Positions 47,880 through 62,639 of a stretch of 64,000 nt of DNA are shown here, piece after piece. The DNA lies in the NCBI GenBank assembly GCA_964016885.1, contig OZ024740.1, positions 130,510,001 through 130,574,000 of the forward strand, read 5' to 3'. Numbering within the stretch: the stretch's first letter is position 1; the number at the start of each line of letters is the position of its first letter. Source of the DNA: Eledone cirrhosa. Its lineage: Eukaryota. The translations under genes and the position numbers were made by a program. The notes beneath the pieces are model-generated. The model saw only the letters and a program-made list of their open reading frames with translations, was not told where the DNA came from and did not search any database.

Positions 47880-49260
47880 AACCGCAATTGCAAAGGCACA
47901 ATAACAGTTTACGTGGACTTCGCTGATAAAGAAACACGTTTGGCCCAGGCAGACCAACTGATGAAAAGAGAAACACACTGGGCCAACCTAATGGTTCCAG
48001 CCGTGGTAATGTCAATAGAGAGTAAGACATTAAGGGAAATATGAATTCACTTAAAATAAAGAAAGTGTATCTGAGCAATAAATCACAAGTGGAAGTCGCA
48101 CTAAAATGCATCATGCCAAACATTCAGAACATAGCAAATGCTAAACATTTTGGTTGTTCCACACATCAGAAATACGAATAACCGCATCGCAACCTGCATC
48201 AACACCAACAGCCCTTCATCAGACAGTACAAACAGCAACACCATCTTCACTAAAATCCAAAGAGAACATCCAACAGCTGTAAAAACTCACAGAAACTCAA
48301 CAAAAAGACCCAAACTTCACACATTACGCAGCAATAAACGGACAAAATAGAAATCTAATTCACCACTTACATCAAAAGAGCTACATTACAAAATAATTTA
48401 TTCATCATCCCGATCAACTGCACAAGCCACACATGAACGTAATTCCAATAACCACAAATACATACACAAACCTTAATGAACATCTCTCTAATACAAATGG
48501 GGATTTCCAAGGAACGATATCTGCAACTGGCCAGAGGAAGTGAGGAATATGGTCTTTCTCAAGTTTTCCTCCTCTTCATCGAACATAGCCACACACGGGG
48601 AAGGCAGAGTAATGCTCTTGGCGAGGGCTCCTGTTGGAAGCAATGTCACTTGCTCAATGAATTCATTTCGCTGAACATAAATGTGATGTTCTTCAGCGTG
48701 ACGAGTATTCTCCTTCGCACATATTTTTGTCGGGCTTGCTGTGTTGTTTCGGAAAGTCTTGGATCTCACGATACGCACCTCCTTTTTATGCCCCGAAGGA
48801 AATAGTGTTGTAATATACGTGACCAAGAACGAAAACTATGCTTCCATCCAGACGTATTCGACGAAGCCATGGCAGACGTATACTGCATGTCGCAGCAGAA
48901 ATGGGAGACTTGCAAGTTCTGTAGATTGAGGTGCTCTGGCGCTGTTTAGAAACGAATCTAACAATAGAGACATTCCTGATATTTTAAAGTCCTTAACACT
49001 GCTAAATCTCGAATTCAAATTTCGTCTATATTGTTAGCAACAAAGCTGAAGTTTCTCGTCGAAATTCTGGTAAGGGACCCGTAGATATTCAACATTTCAA
49101 ATACAGATGTCTACAACCAACACTATACGCGATACATCAAAGAGAGTGTTTTTATGTTAGAAGAAATATTTCGGACAACCTTACTAAAAAAACTGCCTAT
49201 TAATATCAAAATAATATATGCACATATACAAACAATAAGTTGTGCGTCTACATCACACTC
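47880..49260 (-). mobile_element. Highly decayed Penelope-type RT remnant
   Basis: Ordered degenerate motifs: RFSSVKDFK...APQSTELA (YGLPKIHK..PTYxLAK-like), FSFLVTYITTLFPS (SFDVxSLFT-like), NEFIEQVTLLPTGALA (FYEQxxGxxMGSPLS-like). Confidence 0.45.
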
Positions 49261-49307
49261 TTCGCCGACCCTCTGACGCTCTACCCGTGTTCCATATATA
49301 TATATAA

Positions 49308-49380
<73 letters not shown>

Positions 49381-49469
49381 TGAGATTCTACAGGACTAGA
49401 ACTTATCAGGAATCTGATAAGCTTACTTACTGTGGTTACCTCCGATTCAACCCGGAATAACGTATATAT

Positions 49470-49514
<45 letters not shown>

Positions 49515-49522
49515 CACACATT

Positions 49523-49556
<34 letters not shown>

Positions 49557-49899
49557 CACACACATATATATATATATATATTGCAAATTTGTTTTACTTA
49601 CTGAATATATTGTGACTAATCATCTCAGCCACTTCAGAGATCACCACCATTTAATGGTGCATTCCCAAATGATTTAAGATAGGTTTGGAAATTCCGTGAA
49701 CAGCTTTCATGCAAATATACACAAAGGATTTGGTCGCTTTTGAAAATACATCAAGACAACATCAAAAAAGTTTTAAAGAAAGTTATCCGTGAAAATTTAG
49801 AAGACGGTGATGGAAATGTGTTTAAAAAAAATTCATCTATCTATCTGTATAACTATCTATCTTTCTGTCTATCCATCTCTTTCTATCTCTCTCATCATC

Positions 49900-50011
<112 letters not shown>

Positions 50012-50096
50012 TAAGAGGAATTCCAACTTTGTCTGATTTACTCGTTTTATTTACAATCCGTGTATATTTACCTATCTATATCTATATATCTATCTA

Positions 50097-50133
<37 letters not shown>

Positions 50134-50206
50134 GGTGTGGGATGCTTAAAAAGACCGTAAGCGGTGGGCCGTTCGAGCACTCAATGCTCTTACAGAGTAG
50201 AGTATG

Positions 50207-50509
50207 ATATCACATAAGAAACGGAGTATAAGTGTTGCGACGAATAAAATGTATTAGACATATTACAATCGTTTCTCTGGCGACCAGCTCAAGGCACGAT
50301 CGATGTAATGATCGAACGTGATCGTAAGGTCTTCATATACCTCTCGATTCTACTCTGCTTCGTAGAATCGTGAGGTATCTGAGGACCTTGCGATTTCAGA
50401 ATCAGGTAGGATCATTACATCAATCGTGCCTCGAGCTGGTCGCCATAGAAACGATTGCAATATGTCTAATAAATGTTATTCGTCGCAACATGTATTCCCC
50501 GTTTCTCAT

Positions 50510-50516
<7 letters not shown>
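50207..50516. mobile_element. Fold-back element (~150-bp arms) with expanded hammerhead-like motif
   Basis: atatcacataagaaacgg / ccgtttctcatgtgatat; CTGAGGA at 50379 and GAAACGATTG at 50448; (TA)n follows. Confidence 0.8.
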
Positions 50517-50581
<65 letters not shown>

Positions 50582-51809
50582 TAAGCTGACAGCGCAGTGC
50601 AACGAATAATTGGTGTAATCCTAATATCCCCAGCAGTATATTAGTATTATGATTTCCATTAAGTCAAAAATAATTGATCTTTGAAAATGACGTCACTAAA
50701 CTATTTTACATTTCTGTAGAGCTTCTTATAATCTGTAATTTATACACGAGATGAAAGCTACAAGAAGATAATTAAGCATGTTTATTAGTCTGAAGTAGGA
50801 AACACATTTAACTTTATCCATACAGAAATTTTAGATGAAATCTCAGCAGCATATAAATGTAGACCATATATATATATGTATATACACGCAAACCTCTACA
50901 TAGACACTTACCATTATACACATATGAGTATATATATAAATGTAAACTGCCAGTGTTGCAGAATATATGAAATAGACAATCAGCTTCTCAATACACATGC
51001 ATGACTATTAGTATGAATTATATTTCCATTAGCAAGAATATAATGCGTCATTACACTGTATTCCTGTAGTGTCCTGTGCCCTATATTTCATAATTAGTAT
51101 ATAAGATGAACGATGCTGCATTCGCATTGTCATCAGTGAACATAAGGCTTTTTTTCTCGGCTGAAAAAGGTTTACAGTTTAACGATACAATATGCTAATG
51201 GCACATAAGTTTACCGCTTTTATAGTTTTCATGATTTGGACAGTCGTTTTAAATGTAATAGAAAATATGATAGGAACAATTATATAATGATTTTACAGTA
51301 AAGGACAAGGGAGGTAAAAAAGAGTAAAGGTGAAACAGGCAAAAGCGTACTCGAGGGAAATCCTCGGCTTTTCGTCGAATGGGCCGGACAAACGGTGACA
51401 GTTCCTAATGATTTCCTTCGAATGAAAGAGTTCTAGTCCTGTAGAAGTCATTTCTATATTAAATAATTATATACAATATGTAATTCATAAAACAAGATGG
51501 CGTAGAACAGAACAAAGGAGAGACACAAAAACAAAGAAAAGAATCCCCAGTCACAGAAGAGGTCACAGAATGTGTGACGAAAGAACTTTGACAATACATA
51601 AACAATCATCTGGTTGTGGAACCAACCAACCGACCAGAAATTCATAAATTCCTAAATTTATAAATTTATTATAATAAATTGAAGTGAAACAACTGGTGCG
51701 TGTGTTTCTTATTGGCAACATGACCCTCCCAAAGTATAACAATAATTATATACATTTATAGACATACATTTATACATATATACGGCGGCGGCGGAACAAC
51801 ATATTTCTT

Positions 51810-54680
51810 AGAAATGGCGGAGAGGATGGTGGGACAACTGACCTGACTACATCATATTTTCACAGCCAGGCTCATTCAGACCAATGCTGATGTTGAATTT
51901 CAGAGGCCTGATGAAACTCACCAACATGAATAAAATCCATCCCCTATCTCAGAGACTTAGTCATAAGACATCAAGCAATATGCATGACACTAACTGAAAC
52001 GCACCTGACAAGCAGTATAAAAGATGTGGAAATACATATACCAAAGTATAATCTATTTAGTTCAGATAGGATGGAGGAACATAAGGTGGGTTTGCCTCGT
52101 TCATTTCTAAGGATGTCACACTCATTGCACTGTTGAGGCATTCCAATTCAATCTGTGACACACTGATTGTACATACGAAGCAGCTTAAAATGGTAATACG
52201 CGTAACATAGTAATACATATCGGCCACCCGACGTAAGTTTGAGGATAGCCTCAGAAGGATGTAAGATGTCCTTGACAAACTGGAACAGGATCTCAACATT
52301 CTGGGAGACTTTAACCTACCAAAGTCAAATGGACTGAAGGCTACTTCCTTCCTGGTATGTCATCACCCAAACAGAAACGGACGGAGCTCACACACAGGTT
52401 CTTCATGGAACAAGCAGTACTCCGCCCAACAAGAGGCGAACATATCCTGGATGTCTGCTTTACAAATAACGCCGTGCTAATCTATAATGTAAAGGTGACA
52501 TCAGAGATTTTCTCGGATGATAACTTACTATGACTAATGATATATGGTCTACATGGTATGAGAGAGACAGCGGGGACGCACACATCAACAAGAAACAGGA
52601 ATTCATCCAGCCTAGATGTTCACAAAGCTGACTGGAAAAATGACAAAGAGATCCAGAAGTAAAACTGGAGCGACAACATCACCACACAAGACACCAACAC
52701 ATATTCTCAACATTCCATGTCAACAATACAAACTATATGCCATAAGTTTGTCTCGAGGAAAAGGCTAACGGACACAACAATATTATTCCCATAGGCAGGA
52801 AAGTCCTTAAGAGATGATGAACTATGCTCTCAAACAAGTTAGATGCACATCGGAAAATCAAGAAGGAACCCTATCCGAAACAGGCACTACATGAAATTGA
52901 AACTGCACTGAAACTTTCCCATGAGAAGGCGAGGGCAGAGAGAGATGCCAGGGCCATAGAACAAATTTAAAAAAACACTGCCTGGGTACACTGCAAGATT
53001 GAGCCACTCTTCAATAAAAATGGTTCATTAAACGAGCATCCCCAAGTGATAGGTGAAATACTGAATGAACAGTACAGAAGTAATTTCACACCCCCATTGA
53101 GGCAAATACAAACGCCAGAGGATTTCTTTGATGCCACAACATTCCATGAATAAATGGCAACCATCAACCACATAAACATAACGGAGGAAGATGTGATATC
53201 CACCAAAGAATAAAATAGGACAAAACCATGTCCTGAACCTGATGGAATCCCCGCAGTCCTCCTAAAAACATGTAAGCGTGCCTTAGCAAGACCACTGAAG
53301 ATCCGCTTCAGAAGTGCTTTGGCTAGCGGTAAACTACCAAGAGAGTTAAAAGAAGGCACAGTATGTCCTATACATAAAAGAGAAAGCAGACGGAGACCAA
53401 ATCCACAGGCAATTTTCTCTGACGTCACATATTAGTACGTTCATAGAACAAATCAGCAGAAAGAAGATGATCACGTTCCTCGAGGAAAATGACCACCTAA
53501 CTAGCACTAAGGAAGAAGCTGCCTTACATAGCTGCTACAACACAATGACTGGGTACTGAAACAACTGCTGGAGAGCTCACATGTTGATGTGACATATCTT
53601 GACTTTGCGAAGGCCTTTGACAAGGTCGACCACGGAATTATATGTCACACACTACACAAACTCGGCACACCTGGAAAAGTAGACGAGTGGCTGAATTATT
53701 TCTCAAAAGACAGTTGCAAAGAAAACATCAATAACAATTGGGGTGCCCCAGGGCGCAGTATTGGGATCACTACTGTTTTTGGTGGCTCTCACAGACATGC
53801 CCTCTGTAGTACATACAACATCATTCCCTAGCTATACTGATGACACAAAGGTAGCACAGGCAATCAAAAACCCAGATGATGCTGTCCTTTTACTGAAACA
53901 TATGGCTAGGGACAACAATATGCAGTTTATTGTTGGAAAATTCCAAACCCTACAATACCAATCTGCTAATACAAAGACAGTACAACACAGCTACACCGCA
54001 CCAGGAGAAATCGTAATCTCCGTATCAAAATCGATACGAGACCTGTGAATAGACATGAGCGACTATGATCTTTTACTTCACACATCATGACGGTGACGAC
54101 AATGAGCAGCCGACTCGCTGGCTCAATGTTGAAGACTTTCCGGAGAAGAGACCAATAGACCATGTTAATAATATGGAGGACAATTTTCGTATGCCTACTG
54201 GAATACTGCTCCCAACTCTATTCACCCCATAGTATCAAACTAACTACGGAGCTTGAGGCAATCCAACGAAGCTACACCAATAGGATTGCCACGATGAACG
54301 AGATGGGCTACCGGGAGAAGCTAAAAGAACTGGAACTCTATTCCTTGGACCAAAGACGGGAGAGTTAAGCAGTGATATACATATGGAAATTCCTGGAGAG
54401 ACTAGCAGGAAACATTGGCATTGAGAGCTGGACCAACCCCTGAACAGGACGTCCATGTGTGGTGCAAAACGTCCCGTCTTTCACATCTAGAATAAGAAGC
54501 AGATACTGCAATAGCCTACGGTTCAAAGGCACTCAACTCTTCAAAAATCTGCCAACAATTTGAGAGATATGTATGGTGTGGAGGTGGTTGTTTTCAAGAA
54601 ACATATAGACACTGCAATCCAGGATCCCGGATGAACTCACAGTACTTAAGGCAGCAGCAACAAACTCCCTCTTACACCAA
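51810..54680 (+). mobile_element. CR1-group LINE, heavily decayed
   Basis: LTETHL, LGDFN, YLDFAKAFDKVDH, PQGAVLGSLLF, YTDDTK, LEYCSQLYSP, ELYSLDQRR. Confidence 0.85.
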
Positions 54681-54684
54681 TGTA

Positions 54685-55143
54685 TGTATGTCTCATGGTC
54701 GGGTCGTCAGTTACTAAACCGGCAAACCCACCAAGCTCGCTTGGTGAGGAGGGTGATATTTGGACACCTTGTCGGATGAAATACAAGACCCGCCAATGAG
54801 TCAACGGTCATCCAAAAAGTTATTTTTTAATTTTTACCTGGGAGTGAAAGACCCCCAGTTGTTGTCATAACACCTTTGTAAGAGAGTGAAACTGAAAAAA
54901 CTGCGGCTTCGGAAGTAACCGATGATGTTGACCAGTTCTCTTTTTCTGGTAGTGTTTTAGATGCTCAGAGAGTGGGATTGGTCGAATGCAAGGCCTTTTC
55001 CCACTTAAAAAACCTCCAAAATACAGGTATTGCTTGTTCAGGATATGTTGCAGCATCGTGTGGTTGACCGTAGCCTAAATGTGAATCATTTTCTATAATC
55101 TGACAAACGATTGCAATACTCAGAGCAGAGTTTGCAGCCATCA
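54685..55143 (+). mobile_element. Short element ending in the RTE 3' terminus
   Basis: tctgacaaacgattgcaatactc...gcagccatca matches the RTE end at 26626-26670. Confidence 0.55.
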
Positions 55144-56259
55144 TGTATGTATGTACGTGTGGGTGTATGCATGTTGTGTATATGTGTGTCTGTGTGTGTG
55201 TAGTTGAATATTTCACTAATATTTCTTCTTCATAGATGGTGGGTAATTACTTGATCAAAGTCAATTCAGCTTTTAAATATTGATAACATTGTTAGTGAAT
55301 ATCGCTCACATTAAATGTGTGAAAACCTTCTATTTACAAGTTGTATATAATCAGTATATTTTCTTTCATACGTTACTCCATAAAATCAGTGTTCTTGCCT
55401 AAATACTATTTCCGTTTACCCTTAAACATTGCGATCTATCCGCGTAGAATAATATAATCTTTCTCGCACTACACTTTCAAAGTAATAGAATATATCAATT
55501 TATATATATTTTTTAATATGCTTATTCTTTTGGCAATTTTACGGGCCTTGGGTATATTATATAAGACACGTCTCGAAACTAATTTTATTGGGAAATTTGG
55601 TTTAAATTATTAAACATTTTATTAGATAATGAATAGTCCTATACAAACAGTCTATAGCGGCCTGTCTAAAATCCATAAAACTCTCCTGCAAACATTTCTA
55701 TTTACACCATTAGGCTTGTCATACATGTGAAAACTCTGATAGCCGCTAGAAACATGATTCTTATCTACAAAGCATACAGGAATATATATATATATATATA
55801 TTCATATCAATATATATGTGTTGTATTTCCACGTGGGATTTCGTTTAAATGATATTGATATAATGTGAACGACTCCGAGTTAATTGGAGACGAATATATT
55901 ACAAATATCCGGTATCTTCCCAGTTTGAACATGTTGTTTCAAAGGGAAGGTTTTCTTATAAATTTTGAGTTTAATATCCGAAGTTCATTTCATATATTAA
56001 GGGCGTATATCCAGTGTTATAAAATTAACTTCGTCTGTTCATTTTACTCAAATCTTTTCTTATTAAACACTTTACTTTTGCTTGTTTTCGTAATCACATT
56101 CAGAATAATCTGAGATTTAACTAGGAAATACTAAATACACATTATTAACGTTCTTCAATTGCATAGTTTCTATCGGGGAGCCGTTTTAATTTTCTCCTTC
56201 TAATTTACTCGTTCTCCTCCTTCCGTTTACATTTTCTGACACCTCATTCGATATGTATA

Positions 56260-58990
56260 TAGGTGAGCTATGAGGCCCTCTTACCAGCACTTTCCCTTCC
56301 ACCCACACACGCCAGCCAGCCACCCCTGATGCCCTCGTTGCCCCTGTCCCCGACCCCACGCCTCATCCAGCATCCCTCCAAGCCGACACCTGCAGCACTT
56401 GCAGAACCACTAACAAACGGAAGAGTGGCCGGAACTGTTTGGGGTGCGGCTGTTTCCACCACCTCACTTGCGTTAGCTTGACTCGTCGAGCTTCCAATGC
56501 CCTCTCAGCGTGGAGGTGCAGGAGCTGCCTCCTCCCCACGTCTTCCCATCCACGGCCGTCTGGCACACAAGCAGCTGGGACAGCGAGCTGGCCGGGCGCC
56601 CAGGCCTCGCTGGTCAACATCGCTCAGCTCAGGCGATTCCGGAAGATCCCACTCAGCATACCGAGAGGGCACGGGTGTCGATAGCCGATGCCATCGCTTA
56701 TTCGATTAAGAACGCCCTGGACTCCAATCGAGCTAGTGACAGGGAGCTGCTGGTCTACTTCGCCCCATTCGCCCTCGGCCTCCCCAGCTCTGGCGCAGAG
56801 CGGGGCGGCCGGTCAACAGATGCCTTCGTCAAGGCCAATGTCTCGTTCTTTGGGCGAGCGCACATTCCAAGCGCGCCCAGGTACGCCACATACCCCACCC
56901 TCAGGTACTCCTATCCTCCAGCCCCAAGGCTAGCGCCAAGCGTTTGCGTGACCAGGTAAACGCCAAACTTATCATGGGTGATGTCTCGGCCGCAGTCAGA
57001 GTTATTTCTGTGGCCAATGTCTTCCGGAGGTTGACTGCCAAGGTAATCTGCACGACCGTAACACACGAAATGGGGGAGGAGTTTAGTCCGGTGCAACTGC
57101 GTGTCGGCGTGTCCGGTGGCTGTAAGGGGACTGCTCATGCAAGCAGGCAGTTCTTCAACAGCTGCCCATCGGAACCGGCATTGAGGGACTCCAGGCATCA
57201 CATTGTCAATGCTTGACATGAGGAATACCTTTTACACTTTACGCCGGGATAATCTGCTCGAGGCCTGCCTCAGCCGAGCCCCCTCTGCCTACACGCTGGT
57301 CTACCTGTCGTATTGAGCCCCGAGCATGTTCCTTGCTGCTGATACGGTCATACCCTCGGCTACTGGGTTCCAACAGGGTGACCCTTTGGGATCCCTCCTG
57401 TTCGCCCTTGGTATTGAACACATCCCCCGGAGTATCCCGGCCGCTCTCAACTTTTGGTATCTGGATGATGCTACGTTGGGCGGGCCCGAACGGACGGTCT
57501 GCCATGACCTTCAATCGGCGGTTACCTCCCTCGCGGCAATCGGCCTCCGCGTCAACTTGGCCAAGTCGGAGGTGGTGAATGTCAGCCTCGATGCTGCGAG
57601 CTTTGTGGCCTCCGTCATGGAGGTGCGGTCCATTCTCCACCAGGTTCAGATGACCCCCAAAGAGAATGTCCTCATCCTCGAGTCACCGACTTACCCGACG
57701 GCCATGCGCTCCACCATCAGGTCCAGGCTTCAACAGCTCCAGACTCTCACGAGCCAACTTGGCTCGATAGACGGCCACCCAGCCCGCTTTCTGTTGAGGA
57801 ACTGCTTCGCCATGCCGAAGCACCTCTATACACTCCGCAGCACTCCATGCTACACCCAGACATCTCTCCTCGCTGACCTCGATACTTGTATCCGAGCAGC
57901 AGCCGAGGAGATATGCAACGTCAAGTTTGACGATATAGGGTGGCAACAGGCCACTTTACCTCTCAGGTATGGCGGCCTTGGCCTCCGGTCCCCGATCTCA
58001 CTAGCTTTGCCGGCGTATCTTTCGTTGGTAACCTCGTGCCGCGTCCTCGTCAGCGGGATTCTTCGAAACACAACAGAACCCTCTCTGTTCAGAGAACGTG
58101 AGGCCTCGTGTGTGACGTGGGACCTGCTGGGACTTAGCCCAGTAGACGTCCTTCCTCCTTCTCCCCCTGTCGACGTCAATTCCCCCCCCAACACACTTGG
58201 CATGCGATCCAGTGCAGCCTGGCCTCAGACAGGTTCATGCGCCAGCTCGTCCAGCAACGCCTTGCATGTTTTCGTGCGGTCTCCAAATCCCACAGTGGTG
58301 CCTGGTTCCATGATCTGCCCTCCTTCTCCACTGGCACGCAGCTAGACAACTATAGCCTGCGCATCGGCGTTTCCTTGAGGCTCTGCCTCCGGATCTGCCA
58401 GCCACACAATGTCGCTGCGGTTCCACCGTGGACTCTTTCGGCCTCAACCCGCTTTCCTGTCGCCACAGTGAAGGCCGCATTCCATGCCATGCTGCCCTCA
58501 ATGAGGTCATTAAGCATGGCTTGGACGCAGCAGGCTTCCCTTGCCAGCTCGAGCCAATGGGGCTGGATCAAGGGGACGGCAAAAGGCCAGATGGCATAAC
58601 CGTCTTCTCGTTCCACGGTGGTAAACCCCTCGTTTTGGATGTCACTTGCACCGACACTTTCTGCAGCCGCAACCTGGTACTGTCTACGACTGACCCAGGT
58701 TATGCTGCACGTCGAGCTGAGGGGGCCAAACTCCTCAATTACCGGTCGCTCTCCGACAGGTTTGCGGTCGTACCTATGAGAGTGGAGACATATGTTGTCT
58801 TCGACCCCAGAGCTACCTCCTTACTCATCACCATAGGCGCTGAGATGGCCAGCCTCAGGTGTGAGCCCCGCGAGTTGGAGTGGCTCTTCCAGCCAGTCTC
58901 CCTCGCCGTGCTCTGGGGAAACGCCTTCTCCATTCTCTCCGCTGGGGATGTGGCTGAGCCCCATCGCCTTCCGCTGTAGTTGCTGTAGAA
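56260..58990 (+). mobile_element. CRE-clade LINE (RT + restriction-like endonuclease), decayed
   Basis: VFRRLTAK, VQLRVGVSGGC, QQGDPLGSLLF, WYLDDATLGG, QATLPLRYGGLG, RPDGIT..LVLDVTCTDT. Confidence 0.85.
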
Positions 58991-59699
58991 GAAACAGGAA
59001 GACAACAACTGGAAAGTTTGATTTTCTAGAATTTGATGTTTGCTTAGTATTTCGATATTACGTTTATCTACATAAGTACTATATTATCGTCTGCTAATTG
59101 TATGGCTGCAAACAACTGTAATAATTAACTCTGCCCGATTGTTCAGCTGCTTAATATAACTACCTTGCTCTTGCACTTTAAAATAGTTTTCCATTTCTAA
59201 AACTAATTTATTGTTTTCATCTTTTTTACCTTTTCCAACTTTTTTTCTTTATTTTATTTTTGCTGTCTCTGGTGTATTCATGAGCATCTAATACGCATTA
59301 TTATAAGTTTTGTTTTTAATTATATTAATGTCGGTGTTAAATATCCTGCGGTAAACATTTCCATGATATTTAAACACCATGGTTCATTAAAACAGATGTG
59401 AGGAATTAACCAACGTACTGTGCACAATACATTATCCATGTAATTTATACCAGTTCATCGAAATAAAAGTTGGGTTATGTTAAATACTTATTGGATTAAA
59501 AGATTAATTTCCGGCAGAATAAAACAGATGTACATGAAATTATATATCAACGTATTTTCCTAAATGTTGTTTTCTTCGCATTACTTTTTCATTTAACATT
59601 TTCTAATTTGAACATGTAACGTGTATATCTAGAAAATGTGATCAAGATAATTGTTATATGGTCTATCAAGGTTCCTTCTCTGAATGTATATAATAAAAC

Positions 59700-59732
<33 letters not shown>

Positions 59733-59734
<2 letters not shown>

Positions 59735-59918
59735 TTGTTTCTACTTTAGGCACAATGCCAGCAATTACCCAGTGCATTACTGGTACTTTATTTTATCGAC
59801 CCCGTAAGGATGAAAGGCAAAGTCAACCTCGGCGGGATTTTAACTCAGATCGTAAAGGGACATAACTATGCTGGAAAGCATGGCGTCCGACCCTCTACCG
59901 ATACTGCCAATCCACCGC
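59733..59918 (-). mobile_element. tRNA-derived SINE with Nin-like domain
   Basis: Near-identical to 47171-47356. Confidence 0.88.
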
Positions 59919-59938
59919 CTTATATATATATAAATATA

Positions 59939-60316
59939 TTAATAAAAGGAATTCCAACTTTGTCTGATTTACTGGTTTTATTTACAATCCTTTAAAATTA
60001 TAATGATATTATAATGAAATTTTATGGTAGCATATTAAGTGTTAAATGTTAATTGAACAAGTACTTTCATGCTTCTGCAATCTCCAGGTTCATATTCAGT
60101 GGTGACATACAAGTTTGCAATTTTCGACTGTAATGAGATGGGTAAACTGTCACCTCTGAACATGAACCTGAAGATTGCGAAAGCATGAAAGTACTTGTTC
60201 AATTAACATGTAATACTTAATATACTACCATACTATTTCATTACCATATCATTATAATTTTAAAGGATTGTAAATAAAACGAGTAAATCAGACAAAGTTG
60301 GAATTCCTTTTATTAA
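59939..60316. mobile_element. Fold-back element (~165-bp arms) with a hammerhead motif in each arm; terminal fragment also at 50007-50060
   Basis: ttaataaaaggaattccaactttgtctgattt / aaatcagacaaagttggaattccttttattaa. Confidence 0.88.
60163..60201 (+). ncRNA. Minimal hammerhead motif (mirror copy at 60054-60092, minus strand, core CTGGAGA)
   Basis: tgaac-CTGAAGA-t-tgc-gaaa-gca-t-GAAA-GTAC-TT-gttca. Confidence 0.7.
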
Positions 60317-60357
60317 CATAATCTTCTATTCACGATCATACACACCCGTGTATATTG

Positions 60358-60400
<43 letters not shown>

Positions 60401-60402
<2 letters not shown>

Positions 60403-61135
60403 CCATGTGAGTGAGTTTCTTAATCAGTGTCCAAGTCTCAGACGCGTACAGCAGCACAGACTCAACTACACCAATGACGAGGCGGATTTTCAGGTCTTTA
60501 CGAAGGTCCGATTTCCACATCGATCTCAAGCTGTTGCACGCCGCCGAGGATTTGTTCTTCCTCTCAACTACATCATCTTTATTATTCCCATCTTTGCTTC
60601 CAAATGCAGGAAGATATCAACCAATTCTAGCGGCTTCTCGCCATCATTAGTGATCTCCTCTGGTTTCTAACATTCTCTACAAGATATTTTGTTTTAGTCT
60701 CATTCATTCTCAGCCCCACACCCATCCACAGAGTCTCAACCTCCTGCATCAAATCCTCTGCCTTCTTCACTGTATTTGTCACCAAAGCTATGTCAGTTGG
60801 TGGATGGGTGCTACACAAGAATACTAAGGATGGCTCTGAACATTAATCAGTATACACTGAGTATGAAAATCTCAGAGCTGTATGGGAGCCTCCCAAAAGC
60901 CATCTCAAAAGTGACACAGAGGAGACTGAGGTTAGCTGGGAATGCTCACCGACATCCAGAGTTGACATTGCACTCAGTTCTCCTGTGGGAACCCCTAATT
61001 CGACACACTGGAATATGAAGACCAAGGTTAACGTACGTTAAGGACAGACACTGGTCTGTTGGAGACGCAGGACATGGAAGCGATAATAAGAGACAGAGAC
61101 CACAGGAGAGAACTCGTCCATGGATCTCGGGAATT
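60401..61135. mobile_element. RTE-like LINE 3' fragment with an inverted 5' part
   Basis: Minus 60796-60401: DIAL..GLRMNETKTK..ESVLLYASETWTL; plus 60797-61135: DGCYTRILR..RRLRLAG..LLWEP. Confidence 0.8.
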
Positions 61136-61145
61136 TTACCCGCCC

Positions 61146-61510
<365 letters not shown>

Positions 61511-62639
61511 AAAAAGAGAGGCACATTTAAAATGACAAATATAGATGGACGTAAGTTGATAGAGACGCGAATATATATTGACGGATGAATTGACAAATAT
61601 TCATGAAAGGAAATGAGACATATATACACACACATAGACCTACAGATTTAGTGAGGAGGTTAATTACATTACATAGTATATGTGTTGGTCGTGAGCGTCA
61701 GACATCTGGCAGGTATCGATAAGGCAGGTTAATTTCAACATTCTATAAAATTGGAACATATTTTTGCTCAATATTTGTCTGTCGATGCATAGATTTAATA
61801 TGGTTTCATATATGGATATCAATTAACTATATTTTACAAATATCTACAATAAATATATGCACTGAAGCCGTACAGAATCTAAAACGTATGGATCCTGGAT
61901 GAACAACTACACATATTCCACATGGTTTGTATATTCGTTTGCATTAAATTAGAATATTTAGAAATTTACAATTATTAGTTGGAACGTGCCCTGGGTATAG
62001 TATATTTTAGAATACATTTCATAATATATTGTGTTTTCATTTCGGTATAACTGTTAGAAAAAATGAGCATGTATTGTGTTTTAAAATATTTACATTCCAA
62101 ATCATCATAACGATGGGAAAAAATATTGTTATTTACATTTATTTATTCGTTTATATATGGTTAGTTCTCTAAACGAAACCATAAACTTATGTAGTAAAAT
62201 TACATCTTTTATTTACTACATGGAGAGCTGTTTCTTTTATATTTTTTAAGAAATATTTAACTTCATAATACATTCACATTTTATATGCATTGCTATATTT
62301 GGCTAACGCCGTGACTTGAATGACCTTTAAACATGGGAGTAGCTCAGCAGATAGAACGTTTTGCGGCAGTTTTTCAGTAGACTCACTTTATTTGTTCATT
62401 AAAAGGAAAAAAAAAAAATAGTTCTAACCTACGTAATCGTTGTGTTGAGACATCTCGTAGACAAAGTGAAAATTAAGAGAAGAGAGAAAAAAAGGAAATA
62501 TATATAGAATAGATATATAATCACACGTTCAATATATAAATAACCCTGCAACGATTATTTTCGATAAAGTAACAAACTGAACATTTGTTTATATTACAAT
62601 ACTGATCTTGAATCTTGTTGCTTTGAAGTTTCTATAGGA

